Positions 13,401-27,964 of a DNA stretch of 64,000 nucleotides are shown piece after piece. Origin of the DNA: Pseudogymnoascus verrucosus (lineage: Eukaryota); the NCBI GenBank assembly GCA_001662655.1, contig KV460225.1. The stretch is one strand, 5' to 3'. The notes beneath the pieces are model-generated. The model ran no database searches and had not been told where the DNA came from. It worked only from the letters and a program-made list of their open reading frames with translations. The position numbers were made by a program, and so were the translations under genes. How positions within the stretch are numbered: position 1 is the stretch's first letter; every line of letters begins with the position of its first letter.

Positions 13401-14570
13401 GGCATGGACCTCTTCACGCTACTTTCCGAAGAAGGCCGCGCCGAGCCATTCACCTACACCGAGGTACAAAGCTCCATCCACCGCACCACCACAGCTATTT
13501 TCCAATCCAGCGAAAGCGACATATTCTCCACCTACGCCAACAAAATCCGCGCCGCAACAACTCACATCACCGACCTCGCAGCCCTCGCCAGCGACCTCGA
13601 GATGACGCAGGAATTCGAAAGCGCCCCCGCGCCATGGATAATCCGCAGCAAGGAGCTCAGCTCCAGCGGCACCATCCCCGTCGACGCGGAAGAAGAGCTC
13701 CGCCGCCTTCGCGAAGACAACCACGAGCGCGCGCGCACCGTCGCCCTGCGCGATCAGACACTCGAGGAATCAAGCGTTAAGATCGAGCTTCTCGAGTCGC
13801 GCATGCGTGACGCCACGAAGAAGAACGAACGTATCACCCAACTAGAGACTAAGATCGAAGAAGCTAAGAAGCGCGAGACGGAGCTGGCTGAGAGCCTCGA
13901 GGCTCAATCCAAGGAACTCGTGGCTATGGAGCAGGATCGCGAGAGGTGGCGCAAGGTGGCGGGTGAGAACAAGATCGTGGAAGAGGCAGATCCGGCGACG
14001 AAGGCGGGTAAGGAACGCGCGGTCGCGACGGCGAGGGAGATGGACGCGCTGAAGGGCGAGATCGAGGCGCTGCAGGCTGCTGTGCGCTACCTCCGTGAGG
14101 ACGCGAGGAGGGTCAAGCTATCGACCGTGCAGCCTGGGAACCTGGACTGGCTGAACGAGCCACTCGTCAAGCCCAAGACCGCAGAGGCGCACAGGAAGGA
14201 GCTCGTCCAGACAGAAGGCGCGGACGTGCTGTTCGAGCTCGTCAACCTAGCAGCGGAGAGTAAAGTCTTCGACCTCTCCACGCTCCCAGAGAACAGACTC
14301 GCATGGCGCTCAGCGAGAAGCACGCCACAATGGCACGTCGCCCGACAGCGCGAGGAATGGGAATCCTGGAAGGGGTGGAACGAGAGCACGACCAAGAAAG
14401 CTAAGGCGCTGGAGCCGAGGAGGATCGTGCGGAGTAAGAGGGGCCTTCAGATCGCGAGGGTTGATCTGAGGCTGCCGACGCTGGAGGCGAAGGGCGTTTA
14501 CGGAGGGGAGGTGGAGATTGTGGATCCGGGGCTGTTTGAGGGGTTCAAGGAGAACTGGGGGATTGTATGA
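10488..14570 (+). CDS. ro-3: Dynactin p150(Glued) subunit; intron ~10908-10961
   Basis: N-terminal CAP-Gly domain (GEWVGVEL..GKNDGSVQGERYF), a basic S/P-rich region and long coiled coils (EMATLDREMAEE, LDNALGAEDMIEDLTERN). Corresponds to ro-3/nudM/NIP100. Confidence 0.95.
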
Positions 14571-14986
14571 TGGGGAGGGGGAGCTAGGATGTGCGAGTTG
14601 AGCGTTTATACCCACTGGCATGGTTGTAGGATGTAGCATGAATGGAAGACTTTACCTTTACGTGTGTGTGCAGTGAGCAGGTCTTGTTGTTTTACTTCGT
14701 CTCAGTATACTTCTGAGGGGATTCTCGTGTGAAGTTTAGTTCAGCCTTACTGTTTCGTTGCTTACGGGTTGGTTGATATGTGCGGCGAGATGCACCCATG
14801 GCGGATTTATGTGGTTCTAGACCAATGGAACGGTCAGAATTGGAGATTGTTAGAAAAGCATTATAAATATTTAGATAATGTGGATTTGGCCTTTCCAATG
14901 AGAGTTTTGCCCGAAGCGCATACGGAAATGTCTGAGCGTTTGTTTATTTGGAGTAGGTAGCTACTCGGCGCCGAAAGCGATGATAT

Positions 14987-15412
14987 CGTCCGTGAAGCAA
15001 TCAAGGATATTTGGAAGGGCGTAAGTTAATTAAAAAATATAATATTCTGACCAACTGCTCTGCATTGTCCTAATGATGATGATCTGAGCTTGTATGAGGT
15101 CTTCCATAGTAACTACATCGTCGCCAAAAGTGTTTATGCCGTCCGTGAAGCCATTAAGGATGTTTCGTATATGCGTAATTTAATTAAAAATATAATATTA
15201 TGACTAACCTAACTGCTCTGCACGCACAGTCCCAACGATGAGTCGGAACCTATATGAGGTCTTTTGTAGCAACTGCGTCGTCGCCTATAGTGTTTATGCC
15301 ATCCGTGAAGCCATCCAGAATATTTGAAAATACGCAATTTAATCAAAAAAATATAATATTGTGACTAACTGCTATGCATTGTCCCAACAATGACTCCAAG
15401 ATGTTAATATGA
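14987..15412 (+). repeat. Degenerate tandem repeat, ~155-bp unit, about 3 copies
   Basis: (g/a)tccgtgaagc..ttaat..aaaatataatatt.tgac.aac..actgct.tgca..gtcc.aa recurs at ~14988, 15141 and 15301. Confidence 0.85.
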
Positions 15413-16967
15413 GGGATATTATGATACTTTTTAAAAATAACCATCATTTATCAAATATGGAATCCCGTATTCTTCCCTCTTTGCATTGAACCGTGGACTG
15501 CCGTGCTTACTCTCGATTGTTGCCGTTGGGCATGAAGAGGGTGGCGCGTCGTCGCGGAAATATTCCCTGTCCGATACGCTAGTCAATTCTAGTCTAGTCT
15601 TCTATAATCTAGTCTCTCATTGGCTGACGTTCCCGTTCTTCGATCTCCCTCCCTTCCTTCCCTTCCCGGTCTTACCTAATAAAGCTTAGATGCATCGCTG
15701 ACTAAGGCAGATCTGCCAGTGGCTGCTACAACCCGTTGCGCTAATTCTTCGGAGGCTTCGGCAATGGTCCTCACCGCCTTGGAAAAACGGAAAAACCGTT
15801 GAACGCGGAATCGTTGAGTGGCAGAATGGACGGAAAGGGTCATTCGTGATGTCATTAGTGATGTTCTGTAAGGATCAGTTAAGCCGCACGCAGAGTTTTT
15901 ACAACGTCGTTCTCACCTGATGGTTGGCGGTTTTTGTTATGAGTAAACAAGGCTGGATTAATGAAAGACATGCGGGAAGGGGATATGATAGAAATGGCTG
16001 TGCTGCATTGGATTCATGAGAGACATTTTTTTCTGCATGGACACATAATACGGCGAAACGAGGAATCGGCGAGACAGTGATAAAATTGTGGAGAGACATA
16101 AATGTGGAAACCTTTAGGCCCATTTTGTGCATCTTCCCCGAGATGCAATTAGCATACGATCCTGATCCTAGGATCCTAGGTGACGAACATAGCCTTATCG
16201 CGGGGTTTCAGTGCCAAGATGACCGGTTCGTCGTTCGTTCAGCTCACATCTGGGGAAATTATTGGGGAATTGTTGGGGATAGTTGCCTTCCCCGCAGCGA
16301 AGAGGGTATTAGGATCGCATTAGAAGAGTTAGAACCCCCTATAGAAGGAATGAGTTTGCGGGGGAACATGTTCCAAGTACGTAAAAGACGTAACATACGT
16401 ATCATTTACAGCGGGCCTCAACACGGGAAAGAGGAGCTCGGAGTTGAAACAGGACGAGTGCGACGAATTATCATTAGAGAGTGGGACTGAGAAACGTAAT
16501 AGAGCATCATCAAAACGCACCACGGACGCCCCGGAGTGAGGCAATTTCCTTCCATGCTATTAACTAAACAACTAAACAAGTAGGTGGCCACTGGTAGGTC
16601 GCCGGTAGTCCCTCCTAATGTATGCTCTAACGTTGCTCTAATGCGATTTTAGTTGTGTTCTAATCTGATTTTACGGCCGTCTACGGCGTTCTACGGCGGT
16701 AAGGGGGCTTCGCCGTGGTGGCGATGTGGGTCGGCGAGATATCCCATCCCCACAACCTCCAGCGAGTCAAGATTGTCTAGAAGGTTTAGGGCCCACAACT
16801 CTCAACTAAACCGATTAAAAGAGACCGGTTTCGCACACGTATTCATGCGTATTGTATTCATACATTACTATCTTCTCTCTTTGACAATCCGTCAAAAAAG
16901 CGGTTGCAAGATCAGGCACCGCCACCCTTCCTCTCTTCCTCCTTCACAATAGAAATCAACTTTCACA

Positions 16968-18448
16968 ATGGACTCTGCACAAATGATGGAGAAAGGCAAG
17001 GCCGAGTCGCCGACGCCGACGCCCAGTCCCCCCAGCGGGGTGGTCTCCGACAAGGACAAGAGCCTGTATGGCAATGCCAGCGAGAGCGAGAGGGAGAGAG
17101 ACATCTATGAGGAGGGTATGCAGAAGTACAACCGTCTGGGCTGGAAACGCCTGACCGTCGTGCTCATCGTCGAGGCCATCGCGCTGGGAAGTCTGTCCAT
17201 CCCAGCCGCCTTTGCCTCGCTGGGAATGTTCGCCGGTGTCATCTGCTCTGTCGGAATTGGATTGATCGCCATCTATACCGCCTACATCGTCGGACAGGTC
17301 AAGGTCAACTTCCCCCAGGTCGCCAACTACCCTGATGCCGGAAGGCTGATGGGTGGTCGTTGGGGCTACGAGGTTATCAACGCCATGCTTATCCTGCAAC
17401 TGCTCTTCCTGGTTGGCTCTCACTGCCTGACGGGCACCATTGCCTTCCAGAACATCACGGGAAGCGGCATCTGCTCCATCATCTTCGCTGTTATCTCGGC
17501 CATCATCCTCATGATCATTGCCATCCCGCCCAGTTTCACCGAGGTTGCCATCCTCGGCTACGTCGACTTCGCCTCCATCATCCTCGCCATCGGCATCACC
17601 ATCATCGCTACTGGTATTAGAAGCTCTAACGAGGAAGGCGGGCTATCCGCCGTCAACTGGTCTGCATGGCCAAAGAAGGACCTCACCTTCACAGAGGGCT
17701 TCATCGCAATCACCAACATCTGCTTCGCCTACAGCTTCGCCATGTGTCAGTTCTCATTCATGGACGAGATGCACACGCCTACTGATTTCATGAAGTCCGT
17801 CTGGACACTAGGCGCAGCTGAGATCTTCATCTACACCGTCACCGGTGCGCTGATCTACGCCTTCGTCGGCCAGGAAGTCAAGAGCCCCGCGCTGCTCTCC
17901 GCTGGACCGCTAGTTAGTCGCATCGCATTCGGTATCGCCCTTCCAGTCATCTTCATCAGTGGCTCCATCAACACCACTGTGCTCGGACGTCTGGTGCATA
18001 CCCGCATCTTCAAGAACTCCAACATCCGCTTCGTCAACACCAGGATGGGCTGGATCACCTGGATCATCTATATCGTCCTCGCCACCATCGCCGCCTTCAT
18101 CATCGCCGAGGTCATCCCCTTCTTCTCCGACCTCCTCTCCATCTCGTCATCCCTCTTCATCTCCGGCTTCACATTCTACCTGCCGGCGCTCATGTGGTTC
18201 ATGCTTCTCCGCGAGGGCAAGTGGAACACCCCGAAGAACCTGATGTTGGGCGCTCTCAACCTCGGTGTTTTCATCATTGGTATCGTGGTCCTGGTGGCCG
18301 GTATCTACTCTAGTGTCAACGACATTGTAAGTTGGATCCCTCTAGAAATCCATTTCCCAATGAGTAAATTACTAACAAAGCCCGATAGATCATCAGCTAC
18401 GGCGCCGGCAAGGTCCGGGGCCCATTCTCCTGTGGTTCGCCAGAGTAA
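16968..18448 (+). CDS. mtr: Neutral amino acid permease (Mtr/AAAP family); intron 18327-18388
   Basis: LGWKRLTVVLIVEAIALGSLSIP, FSFMDEMHTP and KSPALLSAG motifs with multiple TM segments. The spliced last exon ends GPFSCGSPE*. Confidence 0.9.
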
Positions 18449-20103
18449 GAGGCGGCGTCTGGTTACCCACCCATCATATCACCGACTGCAGGTGGCAGTC
18501 TTCTTCTTTTTGCGAATCATCTTACTATCAGCCATATATACCAATACTACTTTCTCTGTATTTCACTTTTTGACCATATACGGCCGCACTCTACATGTAT
18601 ATTACTGGGGAACTTCATGTTATGTTATCATAGACGTAAGACGCGATAGCGCGCAACTAGAGAGACATAGAATAGAGGAGAGAGGAGGAGAGAAATAGAG
18701 TGGAGATATAGAAGAAAAGATATAGATGAGAGAATAAACTACCATTAGATTTCAATCCTGCCTCCTGACACAACGTACTCGGAATCATTGCTGCCGTTCC
18801 ACCCGTTCGTTCCGTTGGGTGAAATCTGACCCATGAAGGCTAAGACGTAAGCTGAATTGGATCCGGACTTGATCCCCAGCCAATCTGGCACGTCGATGAG
18901 GAGGTTAATGGGGCTGTAGCTATTTGAGCCGATAAACCCGGTGAGCCAACATAGGCATTTGTTCTTGGATTCTTAACGGAGGAAGGCTGTTCCAGCTTGT
19001 AGCCTCCACCATAAAGCTGCACATAACAATACGTCAGGCCACTCAAAACTCTCAAAATAAACACTACTAACTCGACCGTCCCCCCGCAGTGCGCCCAGCC
19101 CATTGGCGATTTCTACATCCAGATCCCTATCGCAAATCATCCACCACATACCCAACTGACCCACCTTGCAAGGTTTCAGCTCCCTACCCCGCCTCCCCAA
19201 AGCTCGAGACCACGTTCAAGAACTGGTGCCATGTTGGCCCGTTGCCACGTTTCCCCCAGACTATAGGATAGGTAACGACAGTGCAGATCCGTGCTTTCAA
19301 TACTGCAATACTGTCAGTAATGCCAGGTGGTGGACACCGATTCTGAATGATGGTTCTGGTCGAGCGGTAGGGGTGTCGGCGAGTTTAGGTGTCGGTTATA
19401 GGGTTGTCGTTGATGGGAGTGTGAGGGTGTAAATGTAAGAATAAATATCACGAGCTCTGTTTGGTGGCTGGAATATTCATAGAATGTAAACTTGGTATAA
19501 TTTAATTGTATAGATAACTAAGTCGTAAATTTTAGAATGTGGTGGCTTGCAAGGCGCAATGCAGCTTGGTAAACAAGCTTTCCGCCTCTCAGCCTCATCT
19601 CAAATGCCGGATTGAAGTTTTTCCACGCCCCTGAGGATATTCACAGCTCGAAAGACTGACCTCACGAACGGGTCTATGTTAGGTATCTGTAGATGGCAAA
19701 AAGTTTTGTCATATTGGTGTTTGACATGTCCCCGCCATGCAAAAGTCCTTGAGTATGCAAATAAATTGCATAGATTTGATATAATCACTCTCCCCTATCC
19801 TACCTCTCTGAGAAAATGAGCACGAGGCTGAGACGGACAGTTCCTAAGTGAAGTTTAGACATCATGGGGATTCCAGGAGCTCCTCTTCTTGCTGTCATTG
19901 CGCCTGCTGCTGCCATTACGCCAACCCCAAAATAATTGTGCGCAGGATAGATTCTCCCTCCACAACTTCACCTTCTCACTCATCCTAAATTCACTTTCTT
20001 TCCAACAACCGGCACTTTTCTTGTCTCTTGATCAACTCCATCAACAACTTCAATCATCTTCACAAGTCCACACACACATCCAAATCTCGACTTTCACAAA
20101 ACA

Positions 20104-22858
20104 ATGGCGCCGAGGCCACCGATCTCGAATCGACCTCTTCCTCAAGTTCGCGGCACGCCCATGAACCCCGGGGCGCTGACCACACAGCTCAATACTCATG
20201 GTATGTGCATCTTATCTCTCCACCCAGAATATCACCATTCTGTAGATTATGTATCTCAAAGGTCAATCTGACCCCTCTCTAGGAACTGTAGCAGCATCCT
20301 CCACTGAAACCCAGACAATGTCGAACCCCGGCCAACACGTCCAAGTCCAACGGGCTCTGCCCACCAGCAATGGGTCCAGGCCCAGCACACCCCCATCGTC
20401 CGCGAACTCCACGGCTATCACAGACGTGGCAGAACAAATGCGCTCCATCATGGAGAGCCTCGAGCGACAACCTCCGACGGCGGAAAATAGGGCCCAGGCG
20501 GCGATCATGGCACGCAATCTTGCAGAGCTGAGGGAGAAGATGGATGCCGCTGCTTCTGCTGCGCAGCCACGCCTCAGTGCCGACGCGCCAGAGTTCACGC
20601 CCTCGCCATCTCAAGAGCGCGGTAGGCAAGGTGCGCCATCCGCTGGCAACGAACGTGGTGCAGTCGGAGGAGGTAATCCTTTGAACCAGGGCGGAATGGT
20701 GGTGCCGACGTTCACGTTCACGAGCGAGTCGCCGGGCCAGCCACAACAGCAGTATACGCAGGAGGAGGTGCGCACGCAAATCGCTGCAATCTATGGCAGC
20801 TCGGCGCAGAACAATGTTTCGCAACTTCCGGTGGTGAATGGGTCGGCAATGGCATCGTTTCATGGGCATATGGAGCCGATAACCATAAACCCGGTGACTG
20901 GTCGGCCTCGGACGCCTCTTTCGCACTTGACGGCTATTTCGAATAATGCTCGGCGTCGTTCCCAAGAGCGAGCTGAGCGAGAGGCGGTAGTGTCGCAGGC
21001 TCAGCTAGATCAGATAATCCAGCAAAATCTGGCTCAAGAGCAGCAAATGCAACAAGCTCAGCAGCTCCAACAAGCCCAGCAGGCTCAGCAAGTTCAAGCC
21101 CAGCAGATGCAAGCACAGCAATTCCAACAAGCCCAGCAGGCCCAACAAGCTAAAGCTCAAGCCCAAGCTCAAGCTCAGCAAGCTCAAGCGCAGCAACTTC
21201 AACAAGCTCAAGCTCAGGCTCTACAAGCTTATCAAGCCCGGCAAGCTCACCAAGGCCAGCAGCCTCCACCACCCCTCCAGATGCCCCAGCCACATCATCA
21301 ACCCCACCACTTCCAAGGCCAGCAACCTAGCAATGGGCAAATCTTCAATCAAATTCAGCAAAACTTGCAGTTTGCACCACAGCAACCCCAGCAGCAGTAC
21401 CCATTCGGCATGAACGATATGTCTTACGGCCAATCGAACCACTCCCACATGCACCCACAGCAGCAGACGGGCAATGATCTTGCTTTCAACAACATGCAAG
21501 ATTTCAGCCAGGGACCTCCTGTGGGTCCTTTCATTCCCCAGAATTACGAGTACCCCAGCATGGGCCAGTTCTCGGCGCAACCAGCCAGCCAGCAGCACCA
21601 GAACATGCCCTTCAATAACGTGAATTCGTTGCCAGCGCAGACGGAGACCCAAAATGGAGTCCCATTGACACACACGCTAGACGCTCCGATCCCCACTAGA
21701 CCCAATAACGACAACGTCACCACAAATCCGTCTATGATGACAAAGTTCACAGGTACCCCACCTCAGACTCACTCCAGGCCTGCCGTGGACGGATCATCAG
21801 ACGACGTGGCAGGCTACTTCCCCAGCGCATACGAGCTGACTGGGAAGTGGCACACGCTGCCGGCGACTATGCGAACGCCTCCTCCACAAACGGTGCAGCA
21901 GCAAAACGGCAGGGACAGGCCGCGGAACGGCGATGATCCGGACAATGGAGCGTCGGGACCGAGCAATGGCGCCAACGGTGGTGTGACTGGTAATGGAAAC
22001 GGTAATGGAAATGGGAATGGCAGCATGTCTCTACCAACTGCGAAGAGTCCCAGAAATGGCGCTATGAATGGCAATGGAAATGGGAATGGCGGCACGACTC
22101 TGTCAATTTCGAAGCGTACCTATGACCAGAACGGCAAAACACACAGCCGTGGACCTAGCCAGGATAACTCAACAACCCACAAGAATGGCAACACTCGCCC
22201 CCAAAGCGCATCACACACGTGGCGCTCCCATACGCACACAATCTCAGGAGACTTCACAACCTTGAGGCGCAACGCGGGACACCTTGATCTCCTGGGTTCC
22301 CCGGCCTTCCCAGTATCCGCATCTGAATATGCTGGTCTGCGGGCTGATACACTTGCGGAGAAACAAGCGCGCCTCACAGCGCAGCTGGGCGAGATGATGA
22401 AGATGAAGAAAGAGCAGCAGCGGGTTGCGGAGGCAATGATGGGAAAGGTGCTATATGGGTATTCAGCGGTGTTGGCGGAGAAGGAGGATGTGTGGAGCGT
22501 CAATGGTAGCACCGGAGCCGGCTATCCAAGCGTTGCAGAGATGAAGAGAGAGCATGCGCTGGCGGTTTCCGAAACAGGGTCGTCTCCAGGTCGTTTCTTC
22601 CCTAGGCCAAAGGGGATGGTGGCCAGTGTCCAGCAGGGATATATGGAGGTGAGAGAGCCGGATTTGGTGTTGGCAAACATGCCTCGTGAGGACTGGAGTG
22701 TGAAGAGTGTCGAAAAGGCGAGGGCTTGGCAAAATGAGCACGCCTGGGGGGAGATCGTGGCGAAGGCGAGCAAGGAGGCTGCGCAGAAGGTCAACCAGAT
22801 TCCAACGAATGATTCAGAGTGGCTTGTCGGACGAGAGTTGCTTGACCGGTTGGTTTGA
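20104..22858 (+). CDS. Glutamine-rich low-complexity hypothetical protein; intron 20201-20282
   Basis: Long uninterrupted ORF. An upstream ATG at 20104 joins in frame through a GTATGT..CTGAC..TAG intron. QA-rich and GN-repeat segments. Confidence 0.75.
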
Positions 22859-25540
22859 GGCGGGCTATCCTGCAATGGGCTGCTCCCTTGTTGATTGCGC
22901 AGACCATGGCGGATTATGCCATGGGGGCTTCATATTAGGCATCTAGCGAGGCGTTTTTTTTTCCGGTGGTGTTCCAGAGCGTCAATATCCCCCTCGAGTA
23001 TTTGCGTTACCCCACTCGATATGGTTCGGCTGGGAGGCATGTTTGTTCGTTTTTTTCGTTTCCTTTGCAGAGTACCTCTCAGCCTTGCTGGGGATGTATA
23101 GTTAGTACTTTGTTCAGCAATGAGAATAAATTCCCAGCTCATCCCAAAGCAGCCATCTGAGAGACCAAGTACAGGTAATAGTGTGGTGTGCCGCCAAACG
23201 CGTGGCAGATAGAGGGTGTGTGTATCGGGATATCACTTGATAGGTGTGAGGCGTATGTTGTGCGAGCATACGAAAGCGTCAATGGCGCTCATGTGATGCC
23301 GCGTGCAATATGTAAAAGGAGGGGAAGATGAGATCCTGGCAAGACCGGAGAAATAACGCCTTATGAAGACGAGGGGGATGAGGGGGATAGGGGGGTTGAA
23401 AGTATGGTATATGGAAGGTATGGTATGGTGTATGACAGGGAGACAATGAGAGGGTGAGAGGTTGAGAGACATGACAGGCACGTGGTTAGAGCACCAGAAA
23501 CGGAAATATAGAGAGTATACTTGTATGAGGATATTGATATGTATGCTGATGGAGCATATACATACCCATTATCGAGTTATACCTGAATGATAAACAGCCA
23601 GAGATGAGAAAGATGAAGATTTTGAGGATGGGATTGGGGATTGGGGATTGGGGATGGGGATGGGATTGGGGAAGGGATGGATTAGAGATTAGAGATTAGG
23701 GGACAAGAGAAGCTAGCCGAAAGGAGACAAGTACTTCGTTATTGTCAAGAAGTCACGAGACACGAAATGTTAGATCCGTTGGCCGCCGAGAATCGGGGCG
23801 GCCCAAATATGGAAAAACACGGGGGTGGCCGTGGGGGGATTTTCGTTGGATTTTCGTGGGGGGGAAGGGGTACTTACTTTACAGACCGACGGCGGGTCCC
23901 ATATTCAAATTCGGGGATTGGGGGGATCAGGGGACGAGGGAGGGCAAGGGAGGGCCAAGAAGGGCCAATTGGCAATTGGGGAAAGAGCCGTGGGTAGCCG
24001 TAGGGAACGAAGTATACGGATTTTATATACGGCTTACATACATAGATAGATACATATTATACATATTCCAAGATATAAGCAAACATGTCCATTGTCGCCG
24101 GCTGGTTTTCTTTTTTGTATGGTAAATACCACTGGTAACTCCAGTTAGTATAAGATTAGTAGATGACCAGGATTGTGGCTTAAGCCAGGCCCATACTAAG
24201 GAGACAGGAGACAGCATGCATGCACGTATGACAAGCCGTGCACAGAAATAGATAGCTGGAGAGGGCCCTCGTGATGAGAAAACCCACAGATGGAGATGAG
24301 AGATGATCAGAAAAGAAAAGAGTAGGCACAGTAGATACCGAGTATATAGAGACCTAGTCCCCTCAATGTCAGCTTTTCCCCGTACTATATGACCTTAGCC
24401 GCCTCTATACCACCAGACTCTACTAACGGATCTACTGCACTTAGTCAACAGCCCTGCATTCTTGGTGTTTCCCAGTGTCACCGTCCAAGACAAGTTACCT
24501 CATCGCCCCGTTCGCCCCTTGGGCCTAGACACAGGATAGACACAAGATAGACACGAGCCAGACACGGGATAGACACAGCTCAGACGCAAGCTGGAACACT
24601 AGCCATAAGACACACCTACAGTCAGACCGACACCGACACCGACACCGACACCACCAGAGAAACACACGACACACGCGCGACAAGATATCCACTGTCGTCT
24701 ACCGCCTACCGCCTGTCGTATACCGTTTATTATTCATATATCAACAATTTGCATCTCAATCGCTGCCATTCATACGTCTCTCTCTGCCGTCCGTTGTGCG
24801 TCCTTGCCGTCACGAGAGCACCCCGAGGGCACTTTGAGAGCTCCACAACTACGACGACAACCACGAGAGCACCGTCACAACCCTCACGCCCCTCTTATCG
24901 ACAAACCTTCCCCGGATATCCCTACCAACCCAGGGATAAGGCATAACCCGCCATACTCCCCAGCCAAAAAAATACATTCCATAGGCTTCCCTCATTCGGC
25001 AATCCTGTGGACTTTGTCGACTTTTGTAGTCGACTCTTTGGTTCCTGTGTGGTCCGATAAACGAGCCAAGGCCGCCCGCTCACCCGCAATCCACCGACTT
25101 GGCCCCAAAGGTTGCCGCCCTCCGCCCTCCAGTTTCCCTGGTTGCCCCCCCCCCCCCCCCCAAACCCCCAAGTTTGCCCCTCCATCACAGCTGCGCCTGG
25201 GCAAATTTGTCCACCTTTCCGTTGATCCCTAGCAATTTCTACTCAACCTAGTCCTCCGTCATCTCTCCCTCATACATCTTCAATCTTTCAAATCTACCAA
25301 AAATATTCAGCGTTGAAAGCTGTTGTGCCAGGCCCTTTGTTCACACTCCCCAAAAAAAGGTTCATACCCCGCCAACCCGTTACCCGCGTGCCTCGGGACA
25401 TCTCTGAACCCTCCAAACCCGCGAAACCCACTCCCAAAACAGCCGATTGACGCGGACTCGACCTTCCTCCATGGTCTCGTAGGAATCTGCGACCCCCCAT
25501 CCCCTTCAACCCCCACCCCCACAGACGACAAACCGCAACG

Positions 25541-27101
25541 ATGGTCGAGAAAGGCCTAAAGAAGACGAATGGCCTCGGCGTCCAGGTCGAGAACACAAAG
25601 ATATGTGTCGTCATGGTCGGCCTGCCTGCTCGCGGCAAGAGTCTGATTGCACAGAAGGGTGAGTTATACACGGCTATGTCTAAATTAGTTAATACGGAGA
25701 CTGACTGGGGATATTACAACAGTGACACGATACCTCAAATGGCTCTCTATCGAGGCCAAGGTCTTCAATGTTGGCACCTACCGCCGCACCGACACCCCAA
25801 AACCGACCGCCGACTTCTTCGACACCAACAACCCAGCGGGCGAGAAGATGCGCCGTGCAGCAGCCGAGGCTGCCCTTTCAGACATGCTGAAGTGGTTCCG
25901 AGCCGGTGAGGGCACCATTGCCATCCTCGACGCCACGAACTCGACTCGCGTGCGCCGCCGCTGGATCTACGACGAGTGCACCAAGGAGGGCATCGACACG
26001 CTGTTTGTCGAGTCCCGCTGCGACGACGAGAGGCTCATCATGGCCAACATCCTCGAGGTCAAGACCACCTCGCCCGACTACCAAGGCACCGATCCCGAGG
26101 CTGCGGCGCTCGACTTTAGGAATCGCATCCGCAACTACGAGAAGGTCTATGAGACCGTCGATGGGGATGGCGACGAGAAGGACCTCACATATGTCAAGAT
26201 TATGAATATTGGTGCTCAGGTCATCATCAACCAGATCCACGACTACCTCCAATCCCGCATTGTATATTATTTGATGAACCTGCACATAAAACCCCGCTCC
26301 ATCTGGCTGTCACGAGTAAGTGCGCTGATCTCCCATACACTTCGAAGCTAACAAGAATAAAGCACGGCGAATCTATGTACAACCTTTCCGGCCAGATCGG
26401 TGGCGACGCAGAGCTCTCCTCGCGAGGAAAGCAGTATGCTCTCAAGCTTCCCGAGCTGGTCCGCCAGTCCGTAGGCGTAAGTTGCAAACCTCATAATCCC
26501 CTACCCATCAAAACTGACAACCCGCAGGACGGCCGCCCTCTCACAGTCTGGACGTCCACCCTGCGCCGCGCCATCTCCACCGGGGCCCATCTCCCCGCAA
26601 ACTACAACCAACTACAATGGAAAGCACTCGACGAGCTCGACGCCGGCGTCTGCGACGGTCTCACATACGCCGACATCAAGGAGAAGTACCCTGAGGACTT
26701 CGCTGCGCGCGATGAAGACAAGTACAACTACCGCTACCGCGGCGGTGAGTCGTACCGCGACGTTGTCATCCGCCTCGAGTCCATCATCATGGAGCTAGAG
26801 CGATCAGAGGATATCTTAATCATCACGCATCAAGCAGTGCTGAGATGCATCTACGCGTACTACAAGGAGAAATCGCAGTCGGAGTCGCCATGGATGGCTG
26901 TGAGTTCCATTTTCTAGCCCCAGATAGAAGACAAATACTGACAGAAATCAGGTCCCCTTACACACTCTCATCAAGCTCACGCCCAAGGCGTATGGCACGC
27001 ACGAAGAGCGCACGGCTGCTGGCATCGACGCCGTCAGCACATGGCGCGGCAAGGGCTCCGTCGCAAAGCACGAGGACCCAGTCGGCGAACCAACCTTCTG
27101 A
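25541..27101 (+). CDS. FBP26: 6-phosphofructo-2-kinase/fructose-2,6-bisphosphatase, 4 introns
   Basis: VMVGLPARGKS P-loop, LDATN, spliced LSRHGES phosphatase histidine motif, ELDAGVCDG and GGESYRD. Confidence 0.93.
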
Positions 27102-27964
27102 GAAGACCACACAAGATCAATACACCGCGCCGTGCACAGCCTCAACATCCACATACACAGCACCCCCACCAATACGTGACTGGGACGGGTTTCGACCCGG
27201 ATGTTTGTTGAGTGCTTAGCGGCCATGCGCGGGCGGAGGAGGGATGGGATGTACACGCGGAAGAGCATCTGTGCTATTTACCTGCTGTTAGCGAGGCGTT
27301 GGGTCGCATGGGAAAGAAGGAGGGTTTAGTAAAAAATGGCTCGGGCTCAGGGGCCTTGGGATGGCGTCGAGGAGACATGTTTTGTCACAGTGGGTGACTG
27401 GGGCTGGTCGGCCCCCAACGACTGTATCATACGTAGCTAGGCTGGCGAGAGATAGGCAGCTAGGACTATATTTGTAGATGGTAGAGATACATATGTCTGC
27501 TTTTGGGGATGGCATAAATATAGGTTGTCGCTATGATTTTGTTGCCCATGATATGATGGTGGTAAAGGTATTTGATTTTGATGTATAATTATTTATTATT
27601 TTAAATGGAAAAAAAATATTGAAACCACAAGGAAACCACAACACAGCGAGAAGTGTGTGCTATATATTTGAAAATATTAATATGATCACCCGAAGAGATT
27701 TAAAAAACCAAACCCTTTCTTAGAAGCTTGCAAACCTTGATTTTATATCCTTACCTGTTGAAAATACCCTTCACTTCATTTCGTTGGGACCCTGCACCCC
27801 CACACCAATTTACCCCGCCATCACACAGATCACGCAGCTTCAGCCTTACCACCCACATCGGCGCTTAATTAAGCTCTGCTGCCCTGTCACCAGATCCATC
27901 ATGCATTCCAGGCGCCGTTGAAACTCATCTCATCTTCCTGCTATATGCATGCTCGTTTGAGATA

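Noticed and set aside
18327..18698. Extended C-terminus of the 576-aa permease ORF
   Set aside because: It reads through an intron. Splicing at 18327-18388 gives a normal end at 18448.
23628..24655. GGGATT/GGGAT tracts and (CCGACA)n
   Set aside because: Ordinary simple-sequence repeats in intergenic DNA.
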